From a virus (taxonomy: Duplodnaviria; Caudoviricetes): 64,000 nucleotides of DNA. The notes beneath the pieces were generated by a model. It saw nothing but the letters and a program-made list of their open reading frames with translations, was not told the DNA's origin and did no database searches. A program made the translations under genes and the position numbers. Within the stretch, counting starts at the first letter, position 1. Every line of letters starts with the position of its first letter. Where the stretch lies: IMG/VR virus record IMGVR_UViG_3300037507_002920, positions 1 to 64,000 of that record; one strand, given 5' to 3'. Below are positions 51,716-59,405 of this stretch, piece after piece.

Positions 51716-51744
51716 AGGTTAGAAAATTCTAACCTTTTTTTTTG
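51716..51744 (+). terminator. intrinsic terminator
   Basis: AAGGTTAGAA-AA-TTCTAACCTT followed by a T tract. Confidence 0.7.
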
Positions 51745-51817
51745 CTATTTTTTTTGAAATATTGAAAACTTTTCGTATATTTATCACAAATAACAATTTT
51801 TTGTTCTTTGAAATTTT

Positions 51818-52235
51818 GGGGATGAAAGGAATCGACACACGTGTAAATGTTAAATGGGCATGCGGTCAAACATCATCTATGACCATAATCAATGATGGTA
51901 CAAATTAAGCGGCAACGTTTATAACAACATGGAAATTGCGGGTATCCTCGCTTCTTCCAAGGTAGCAGTAGCCTAGGCGAATCTATCAATGGGTCGGGAG
52001 ACAAATAACCTAGAAACAGAAGTCTTTAAGGTGTGATACAACCTAAAGTGTCAAGGGTCTCGTTCAGAGTACTACCTGTAAATCCACGAAAGTGGTAAAA
52101 GTGAATTCGACACAGTTATTGGTAACAATGTCAAAATAGGAACCATTTATTTGTCAGTTGTGAACTAATTGAATAAGCATGTAGTCCATTTATGATTTCT
52201 CGGGGTGGACGGCGGTTCAATTCCGCCCATCTCCA
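51818..52235 (+). ncRNA. ssrA: tmRNA; predicted tag (A)GNVYNNMEIAGILASSKVAVA* at 51911-51976
   Basis: 5' GGGGATGAAAGGAATCGAC; 3' GGCGGTTCAATTCCGCCCATCTCCA with Ala-type G3.U pair; TAAGC|GGC resume context. Confidence 0.9.
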
Positions 52236-52271
52236 CTGGCTAACTTTTTGTACTTTCCGATAAGTACAAAG

Positions 52272-52298
52272 AAACCCACTCACAAGGTGGGTTTTTTT
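52272..52298 (+). terminator. intrinsic terminator after tmRNA
   Basis: AAACCCAC-TCACAAG-GTGGGTTTTTTT; preceded by the hairpin TTTGTACTT-TCCGAT-AAGTACAAA. Confidence 0.8.
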
Positions 52299-52310
52299 AT
52301 TTTAAGTACA

Positions 52311-52425
52311 CAATATCTCATAAACGAACAAAGGGGTCAAATTGACCCCTTTGCCGAGATATTGAACCCCTCCTTTCGTTTTATTAGTTTATTATCTCAT
52401 GGTGACCAAACCATTTGACTCTAAA
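52311..52425 (-). ncRNA. candidate small RNA 'B' containing an extended Shine-Dalgarno sequence
   Basis: minus-strand TATTTAT at 52427-52433; GAAAGGAGGGGTTC; hairpin CAAAGGGGTCAA-T-TTGACCCCTTTG; shares blocks with 41461-41520. Confidence 0.5.
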
Positions 52426-52448
52426 CATAAATATTTCGTATTTTAATT

Positions 52449-53375
52449 TTAAGCAATAAATTTTGCTAAATATTTTAACATAAATAAATTCATTGCACCA
52501 CCTAACATTCCTCCACCATCATCGGTAGATGGTTGTTGACCCCCACCAAAATCTTGTGGGGTTGAATTTTGGGCAATAAAATTACTTGTTGTAGGGTCTT
52601 CAGCTAATTTATTTAAGTTATTCTCATCTTTCATCCAATTATCAAGTGAAGCGATGTTAGGTATTCCAAATTTACCCAATAAATTGTTGGCAATTAAAAA
52701 TTTAGAAAACGCCAATCTTCTATCTCTTCTTGCTAAAACATTTTGCCACCACCTTGATAATGCGTTTGATGGTAACATTCCATTTTTAGCAAAATACTTT
52801 GATAGTCTTTGTCCTTGAAAATATCCTTTAAGACCACCCGCAAATGATTTACCCGCAGATAACGATTTAACACCCGCCTCTAAACCTTTACCAACTTGAC
52901 CGGTATATTTTACCGATATATTTTTTAATGTGTCTAAACCACCTTGTAAACCTCTTCCCCATCCTTTGTTTACATTTGATATTTTTGACACGGTTTGAGT
53001 TACTCTTGGGTCAGAAGCGTATTGTGCTAAATCTTTAAATTTATTGGCCAATTGCGGATTTTTAGCGAGGTATTCACCCAACTTAGGTCCACCTGTTGTT
53101 AATAATTTTGGTGCCCCTTTAAATGCGAATAAAATGGGTTTAACAAGTAAATCACCAACTGTGGGGATTAATGCAACCAACGTCAAAGCTGCTTTAAGAC
53201 GTTCACCCCTCATAATATATCTTATTATTGAAATGATATCCGCAATTTCACCAATCACAGGTATGAATCCCGCGGCTAAAAGTACGTTTTCAGTATCTAA
53301 TATTCCCTCATTTAAGTGAGAATCGTTTTTCTTACTTTTAGTTATTTCTAATATTTGTTTTTTCGTAAGTTCCAT
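52449..53375 (-). CDS. protein with pre-toxin TG-like motif and G/A-rich amphipathic helices
   Basis: AAGFIPVIGEIADII...ALTLVALIPTVGD; probable start MELTKKQ at 53375. Confidence 0.55.
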   Translation of the reverse strand: MELTKKQILEITKSKKNDSHLNEGILDTENVLLAAGFIPVIGEIADIISIIRYIMRGERLKAALTLVALIPTVGDLLVKPILFAFKGAPKLLTTGGPKLGEYLAKNPQLANKFKDLAQYASDPRVTQTVSKISNVNKGWGRGLQGGLDTLKNISVKYTGQVGKGLEAGVKSLSAGKSFAGGLKGYFQGQRLSKYFAKNGMLPSNALSRWWQNVLARRDRRLAFSKFLIANNLLGKFGIPNIASLDNWMKDENNLNKLAEDPTTSNFIAQNSTPQDFGGGQQPSTDDGGGMLGGAMNLFMLKYLAKFIA

Positions 53376-53376
53376 A

Positions 53377-54003
53377 TCAATGTATAAATTCACAAAATCT
53401 TTTAGATATTTTTTCACCTAAGTCCGATTCTTTAATTATTTCACCAAACAAATTACCTGCGGTTGTTGATACAACATCTCTAATTGCAGTATTACCACCT
53501 TGTCCCAAATTTCTAATTGGATTTAAATCGTATGTATTGGAGTCTACACCCGTAGCACCGGCAGCAAGATATCTAACCACTTGTTCTAAAAGAGTATCAA
53601 CTATCTCAGGAAAACCACTATTACATTCAGAGGGTCCTTTGAATATTTTTATAAGATTTAAAGGATTCATATCCGCAAGTGTTCTTGATAAAAACGTTGC
53701 GGCATTTGGACCAACACTAAAAACTTGGGTTAAAATAAACCTAATTGCATATTCTTTTCCTGAATTTACTGCCGCATCGGAAAGTGCTCCTTTCCAATCA
53801 ATACTATTTAATTTATCTTTTATTCCTGTTGATTCAATTTCTTCCAAAGAATATCCTTCTTCCAATAATTTAGAACAAGTTAAAAAGTATTTTTCAACAA
53901 AATAATTGTCATCCCTAATGTCTTCTAATTCATTCAAAGACGTGGTTAACTTTTGTTGACGCTCCTCAACTAAACTCTTTTTTATTTTATTTCTAATATC
54001 CAT
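53377..54003 (-). CDS. hypothetical protein
   Basis: 208-aa ORF in the co-oriented cluster. Confidence 0.6.
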   Translation of the reverse strand: MDIRNKIKKSLVEERQQKLTTSLNELEDIRDDNYFVEKYFLTCSKLLEEGYSLEEIESTGIKDKLNSIDWKGALSDAAVNSGKEYAIRFILTQVFSVGPNAATFLSRTLADMNPLNLIKIFKGPSECNSGFPEIVDTLLEQVVRYLAAGATGVDSNTYDLNPIRNLGQGGNTAIRDVVSTTAGNLFGEIIKESDLGEKISKRFCEFIH

Positions 54004-54014
54004 AATACATTTTA

Positions 54015-55637
54015 TTATCTAATACCTCTATCACCACCAGACATAGTTAAACCATATCTTCTTCTCATTTTTGCACTTCCACTAAAGAGAAAATTGTATT
54101 GTTGCAAACAGTCCTTAATTTGTTGAATTTCCGTACTGTTTGCGGTTTTTCTACCCGATTCTTGGTCTCTATCATCAATATTCTTGAATAAGGCCACACA
54201 AAAATCTTTATTTAATTGAGATGGTTGAGATGGTTGAGATGGTTGAGTTTTAGGTTGAATTTCAGGTTGTTGAATTTGACCCGATTTTATTGATGGCATT
54301 GGTTCAATATATTGTGATTCAGGTCGAGTAGCGCTGGTTTGACAGGATTGTTTTATTGAATCATAAACTTCCTTGGTAATAGTTTCTTCACCTCTTTTTG
54401 ATTTTAATTCTTTTAACGTAATTGGACCAAAATTTCCCGTTTGATATTTTGGTGACATACCTAAACACACTTGAACTTCTTTAATTACTTGACTTCTACA
54501 TCCAAAAGTGTAAGGAAAATCCGTACAATTTCTATATGTTGATTTAGTTCCTGGTGCGGGTGTTTCACCTGGTTCTGGTGTGGTTTTACTGTCCCAAGTT
54601 ATTGACATACCAAGTACATCTTCTTCACTTAAATTTTTATTTTCTTCTTGTACCGCAACTTCTGTGCCTTTACAAGTATATGTCCCTCTTTTTGAATTAT
54701 CTGCGGTGAACACTCTACCATTGGAATAAAATCTCAAACCACCTACACCATCATATGCGACGACTCCTGTTTGTTTTGTCACTATTGAAATTTCTCCTTT
54801 TGGACTCACTGCAATAACACCTTGTTTATTTGTTAGTAAACTTTTTGCACATGGTGGAAAATCTTGTGGTGGTACTTCTGGTAATTCGTCAGTTTTCCCC
54901 AATTCCGCAAAAAGGAACCATAGTGCCGCGATGGACCCACCAGCTAAAAGAGTATAACCTACCGCTTTTTTCCAATCCATACCTTTAACTTTATCTGATA
55001 TTTGTTGACTTAATGTTTTTGGTTTATATTTGGCTTTTAATCCATCAACATATGCTTTATCTTTTAATCTATCTCGTATTCCTGGTTGATTTAATGCTGA
55101 TTGTTTAGCTTGAGTCGCGGTTGATTGTATACCACTAGTTTGTTTTAAATACGCTTTCTCAACAATTTTAGTAATCGCACGTTCACTATATCCCGCTTGT
55201 TTTAAAGCAGCCTCAAATTGTGGTTGACCCGCTTTAATTTGTGTTTCATATTTTTTTAAAAATTGTTGATTTTTAGCAACATTTTCGGCAGCTAAATCAA
55301 TTAATTTAGCGTTCCCTGTTTGAGACTTTAAAATGTTCAATTCCATTGCACCTTTTATACTGGAGGTTACCCTATTACCTTTTAATGCGGCCAATAATTC
55401 ATCCGTGTTTCTAATACCTAATTTAGTTAGTTCAGCAGAAACTTTAGCATCACTTTTCATCATTTTTAATACAGATTCTAGTTCAGCTGCTGCTAGTTTT
55501 TCACTTCTAGCCGCGGTAACAAACGCACTCTCTTCGTTTAAGTCGACATTTGAATTTTTTTCAAGTATTAATCTATTTTCAATAGATTCGATAAGATTTA
55601 GATATTTTCTTATTGTTTTTGTGTCTTTATTTTCCAT
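54015..55637 (-). CDS. protein with one TM helix and a peptidoglycan-binding-like domain
   Basis: TM segment AVGYTLLAGGSIAALWFLF; FGCRSQVIKEVQVCLGM....GNFGPIT resembles PG_binding_1. Confidence 0.55.
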   Translation of the reverse strand: MENKDTKTIRKYLNLIESIENRLILEKNSNVDLNEESAFVTAARSEKLAAAELESVLKMMKSDAKVSAELTKLGIRNTDELLAALKGNRVTSSIKGAMELNILKSQTGNAKLIDLAAENVAKNQQFLKKYETQIKAGQPQFEAALKQAGYSERAITKIVEKAYLKQTSGIQSTATQAKQSALNQPGIRDRLKDKAYVDGLKAKYKPKTLSQQISDKVKGMDWKKAVGYTLLAGGSIAALWFLFAELGKTDELPEVPPQDFPPCAKSLLTNKQGVIAVSPKGEISIVTKQTGVVAYDGVGGLRFYSNGRVFTADNSKRGTYTCKGTEVAVQEENKNLSEEDVLGMSITWDSKTTPEPGETPAPGTKSTYRNCTDFPYTFGCRSQVIKEVQVCLGMSPKYQTGNFGPITLKELKSKRGEETITKEVYDSIKQSCQTSATRPESQYIEPMPSIKSGQIQQPEIQPKTQPSQPSQPSQLNKDFCVALFKNIDDRDQESGRKTANSTEIQQIKDCLQQYNFLFSGSAKMRRRYGLTMSGGDRGIR

Positions 55638-55648
55638 ATTTTTTATTT

Positions 55649-56893
55649 TTATAAATCATCATAATTATATTCTGACGTTGTTTTATTATTTAATAAAGCG
55701 ACATATTGTTCATCTTCAAATTTCGATTTATCATATTCGCCCTTTGTACCTAAAATGGTTATTGGTACAGCAACATTTGCAACATTTTGTACCGCTTGTC
55801 CGGCACCAAGTTTACCGGCTAATTTACCAGGTGCAGATAATATTTTACCTCCTATCCCCAATAATTGTATTGTTTTTTCACCAACAAATGTTGCAAATCG
55901 ATTAAAACCACCCAAGGCGGTTGAGATAAATTTATATAACATTGGTGATTTAGTTTTAAAAGTATTTTGAGCTGACGTTAAAAATTCTTTTGCTTTTGTT
56001 AAATATCTTGAAAAATTTTTAAAAATATTTTGTAATTTAGGTGACGATTTAATCGCTTTTGATACCCCTCCTGCGGTTTTACCGAACCTTCCAATCATCG
56101 AGTTGACGAGTGTTTTTAAAGTTTTAGACGCTGCACCTGCAAAAATCAATCCCGTTATATCACAAGCAGTAAACAATAATCTCCACCCCCAATGTAAGTC
56201 GGGGTCCTCATAATTACCTGTGATAAATTCATATATATCCAAACCAACCGCTATCGCCCACGGAATCCAAGCAACTAATTTACCTACACCAGTTGCAACC
56301 AAAATCGCATCAAGTATTAATCCAATTGGGTTGTATAAAGCGGCACGTATTTTTCTCGCCACATACAATGCCCCCTTTTTTACAATATTTATTGCTTGAT
56401 TCCAATCACCCTGAGACAAGGCACCTATGGTTTTTTTTGCCCCCTCGTAACTTGTTTTAAAAAAATCTGCGGTATTTTTTACCGCACCTGTAATTGTGTT
56501 TTTTCCAAAATTATAAAGACTACCAGCTACGGTTTGTTCATTTAAAATTTCTCTAAAAATTGATTTAAGATGAGATAAATTTTGAGTGGACTCTGTAATA
56601 ACAAATTTATTTATATCACTCAGAACGTCTTCTCGTATCTCCTCAGACACATTTGTTGCGACCTCAAAAGAATGTTTTAAGAAAAATTTAAAATTTTCAA
56701 AATTTTCCCAAATATTACCTAATTTGGTTTTATTTTGAATATCGTATAGTTCATCTAAAAAAATCACATATTTTTCATCAGGTGACAACCAGTCACTGAT
56801 TACAAAATCAAATTGAGCAGAATTTCCATTATATATATTGGAGATTCTGTTTCTTTCAGATTCTGATAGTAATAATTTTTTATTGTATAACAT
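55649..56893 (-). CDS. protein with hydrophobic helical hairpins (possible ejection/membrane-inserting protein)
   Basis: GLILDAILVATGVGKLVAWIPWAIAVGLDIY...LLFTACDITGLIFAG. Confidence 0.55.
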   Translation of the reverse strand: MLYNKKLLLSESERNRISNIYNGNSAQFDFVISDWLSPDEKYVIFLDELYDIQNKTKLGNIWENFENFKFFLKHSFEVATNVSEEIREDVLSDINKFVITESTQNLSHLKSIFREILNEQTVAGSLYNFGKNTITGAVKNTADFFKTSYEGAKKTIGALSQGDWNQAINIVKKGALYVARKIRAALYNPIGLILDAILVATGVGKLVAWIPWAIAVGLDIYEFITGNYEDPDLHWGWRLLFTACDITGLIFAGAASKTLKTLVNSMIGRFGKTAGGVSKAIKSSPKLQNIFKNFSRYLTKAKEFLTSAQNTFKTKSPMLYKFISTALGGFNRFATFVGEKTIQLLGIGGKILSAPGKLAGKLGAGQAVQNVANVAVPITILGTKGEYDKSKFEDEQYVALLNNKTTSEYNYDDL

Positions 56894-56935
56894 AGATGAT
56901 TTACCTTAATAAATATCTTTAATATTATTAATATT

Positions 56936-57193
56936 CTATTTTAATGGGTTTGCTTTTCCTCTTTTTAATGTTGAACCAACAACATCCGACCATTTGGTAA
57001 CACCGATTTGATTTGCTGGACCTCTAGTCACACCTGTTTCCCATTTACCAACTTCAGGATAACCTTGTTTACTACCAGAACTACTAGTTCCAGCGGATGG
57101 TTGGGCGGATGCGGTATCCTCTTCTTCACTTAAATCATCAATAACACTACCCGTTATTAATTTCATTTGTTTTTCTGTTACAATTATTTTCAT
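56936..57193 (-). CDS. hypothetical protein
   Basis: MKIIVTEKQ N-terminus; two RG.AN repeats. Confidence 0.6.
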   Translation of the reverse strand: MKIIVTEKQMKLITGSVIDDLSEEEDTASAQPSAGTSSSGSKQGYPEVGKWETGVTRGPANQIGVTKWSDVVGSTLKRGKANPLK

Positions 57194-57564
57194 TCGTCGT
57201 ATATTGTTTTATCTTTTTGTGCGAACATTTTTATATATTGTCCGGCCTTTGCATTTGCTTCGTCTTCTATTTCTCCTCCTATGTCCGCTGGTTTAACTTT
57301 TAATCTACCATCCTCATATTGTTTATGGTGAACCATTTCATGTGCGATACTTCTCATTACATCAACCAATGCTCTATTTTTTGAATTGACCCTAATGGTT
57401 TTTGTATCGGAAGAATAATTGTAGTTTGCGGTGGTCTTTAAATCACCCCTACCATTTTGCAAAATTATTTTCGGACAATTTTTTAATCCGAGTTCATCAT
57501 TAACAAACTTTACAAATGATGTTATTTTTTCTTGTTTATTTTTTTCTAAAAAACTCATTAACAA
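57190..57564 (-). CDS. HExxH zinc metallopeptidase-like protein
   Basis: IAHEMVHHKQ...EDEANAKAG. Confidence 0.7.
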   Translation of the reverse strand: MLMSFLEKNKQEKITSFVKFVNDELGLKNCPKIILQNGRGDLKTTANYNYSSDTKTIRVNSKNRALVDVMRSIAHEMVHHKQYEDGRLKVKPADIGGEIEDEANAKAGQYIKMFAQKDKTIYDE

Positions 57565-57612
57565 TAAATACTTCTTTGTATCTAATTATTATATTTCAAT
57601 ATACTTAATAGT

Positions 57613-57936
57613 ATGTTAGATTGGTATGTAATAGAGATTTTTTTCCCAAAATCATTTGAATTGTTTTCAAAAACGATGTTTCCAAATGTTGGCGTACCAA
57701 GCATATCCGTGCTCCAATACTATGATATTAAAAAACTTTATAGATTCTTTGATAAAAATGGTGTTTATTTAACTGTTGAAATGTTAACAAAACACCATTG
57801 GGTGTACAATATATCAACAAATGATAATCGTGTAATGTTTCCCTGTCAAGAACCCAAACATAACAGAGAATTAACAGAAGTTGATGGATTTTTTGAATGT
57901 TTTAGAACGATGGAAATCAAACTTCGTTTGAGTTAG
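57613..57936 (+). CDS. hypothetical protein
   Basis: 107-aa ORF. Confidence 0.55.
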   Translation: MLDWYVIEIFFPKSFELFSKTMFPNVGVPSISVLQYYDIKKLYRFFDKNGVYLTVEMLTKHHWVYNISTNDNRVMFPCQEPKHNRELTEVDGFFECFRTMEIKLRLS

Positions 57937-58141
57937 ATATTTTTCGTGAAAAAAAAATATAGGATAACCAAAAACAACCTGAAATAAAATAGAAAATTAT
58001 ATCTGCTGCCCAATATGAACCAGTTATTTCCATCAATAATTTGAATAGGGCATCGTACCCAAATGGTAAGAAAAACATAGCTAACATTAGAGAAGTATCT
58101 CGATATAAAATTGTTTTCGATTCTTTTACTTTCGTCTTCAT
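57917..58141 (-). CDS. small two-TM membrane protein
   Basis: LMLAMFFLPFGYDALF...IIFYFISGCFWLSYIFF; the overlapping frame 57933..58160 is less convincing. Confidence 0.5.
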   Translation of the reverse strand: MKTKVKESKTILYRDTSLMLAMFFLPFGYDALFKLLMEITGSYWAADIIFYFISGCFWLSYIFFSRKISNSNEV

Positions 58142-58178
58142 TATCACTTTCAGATTCCATTATTTTTATTTAATAAGT

Positions 58179-58406
58179 TTATGGTATTAAAACACCACCT
58201 CTACTGTTTTCCAATTGAATTAAATATTCCTCTGCTATTTTAAAATTATCAAAAGATGTTAGATATGTTTTGTTATTCTGTCTTAATAAATAACATCTAT
58301 ATTCTTCATTTAAATAAGTATTTGTTGAATTCATAAAACTACCACCCCTACGTTCTATTTGACCTATTACATCACCAATAAATTCAAATTCTTTTACAAT
58401 CATCAA
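58179..58406 (-). CDS. hypothetical protein
   Basis: 75-aa ORF downstream of gmd. Confidence 0.45.
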   Translation of the reverse strand: MMIVKEFEFIGDVIGQIERRGGSFMNSTNTYLNEEYRCYLLRQNNKTYLTSFDNFKIAEEYLIQLENSRGGVLIP

Positions 58407-58422
58407 TTAATTTCTTTTTAGT

Positions 58423-59400
58423 TTAAATATCTATTTTTTTTTGTAATTCAATATCATTTTTAACCATTCTTTTTACAAGATTTTCAAAGTTAATTTTTGG
58501 TTCCCACCCCAATTTTTCTTTTGCTTTACTGTAGTCACCTTTTAAAACATCAACCTCCGCGGGTCTCATGTACCTATTATCAATTCCAACATATTTTGAC
58601 CAATTATTAATACCAATTTCTTGAAATGCACAATCTAAAAAATCTTCTATTGTTTTAACTATTCCAGTGGCAATAACAAAGTCATCGGGTGATTCTTGTT
58701 GTAACATTAACCACATAGCCTCAACGTAATCAGGTGCGTATCCCCAATCTCTAGCCGCTTTTAAATTGCCTAAATATATTTTATCAATAATACCTAAATG
58801 TATTTTTGCTACTCCGTCAGATATTTTTCTTGTTACAAATTCATAACCTCTTCTTTCTGATTCATGATTGAATAAAATCCCACTAACAGCAAACATATCG
58901 TGACTTTCTCTGTAATTTTTGGTTAACCAATGCCCATATAATTTAGAAACACCATAGGGTGAACGAGGATAAAATTGTGTTTTTTCATTTGCAGGATTTT
59001 CAACCATCTTACCAAACATTTCAGAGGAAGACGCTTGATAAAATTTTATATTCTTATTATTAGATTCTCTGATAGTTTCTAACATTCTTAAAACCCCTAA
59101 ACCTGTAACGTTAGATGTTAATTCTGGTGTATTCCAACTATCACCAACAAATGACTGTGATGCTAAATTATAAACCTCGTCAGGTTCACATTCTTTTACT
59201 ACTCTAAATAAAGAATTTTGGTCAGTCAAATCCGCATTATACATTTTAACTTTACCGATTAAATGTTTTGCATTTGTTAAAGTTTCATTTGTTTTATTTT
59301 TTATGACACCAAAAACCTCATAGTCTTTTTTTAATAAAAAATCAGCTAAATGTGAACCATCCATACCATTCAACCCTGTTATTAATGCTTTTTTTTTCAT
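58423..59400 (-). CDS. gmd: GDP-mannose 4,6-dehydratase
   Basis: ITGLNGMDGSHLA, YQASSSEMFG, PRSPYGVSK, LFNHESERRG..FVTRKI and RDWGYA motifs. Confidence 0.95.
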   Translation of the reverse strand: MKKKALITGLNGMDGSHLADFLLKKDYEVFGVIKNKTNETLTNAKHLIGKVKMYNADLTDQNSLFRVVKECEPDEVYNLASQSFVGDSWNTPELTSNVTGLGVLRMLETIRESNNKNIKFYQASSSEMFGKMVENPANEKTQFYPRSPYGVSKLYGHWLTKNYRESHDMFAVSGILFNHESERRGYEFVTRKISDGVAKIHLGIIDKIYLGNLKAARDWGYAPDYVEAMWLMLQQESPDDFVIATGIVKTIEDFLDCAFQEIGINNWSKYVGIDNRYMRPAEVDVLKGDYSKAKEKLGWEPKINFENLVKRMVKNDIELQKKIDI

Positions 59401-59405
59401 ATTTT

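Noticed and set aside
52364-52377. 16S rRNA gene fragment
   Set aside because: The match is only 14 nt with no other rRNA sequence around it; treated as a motif in the findings
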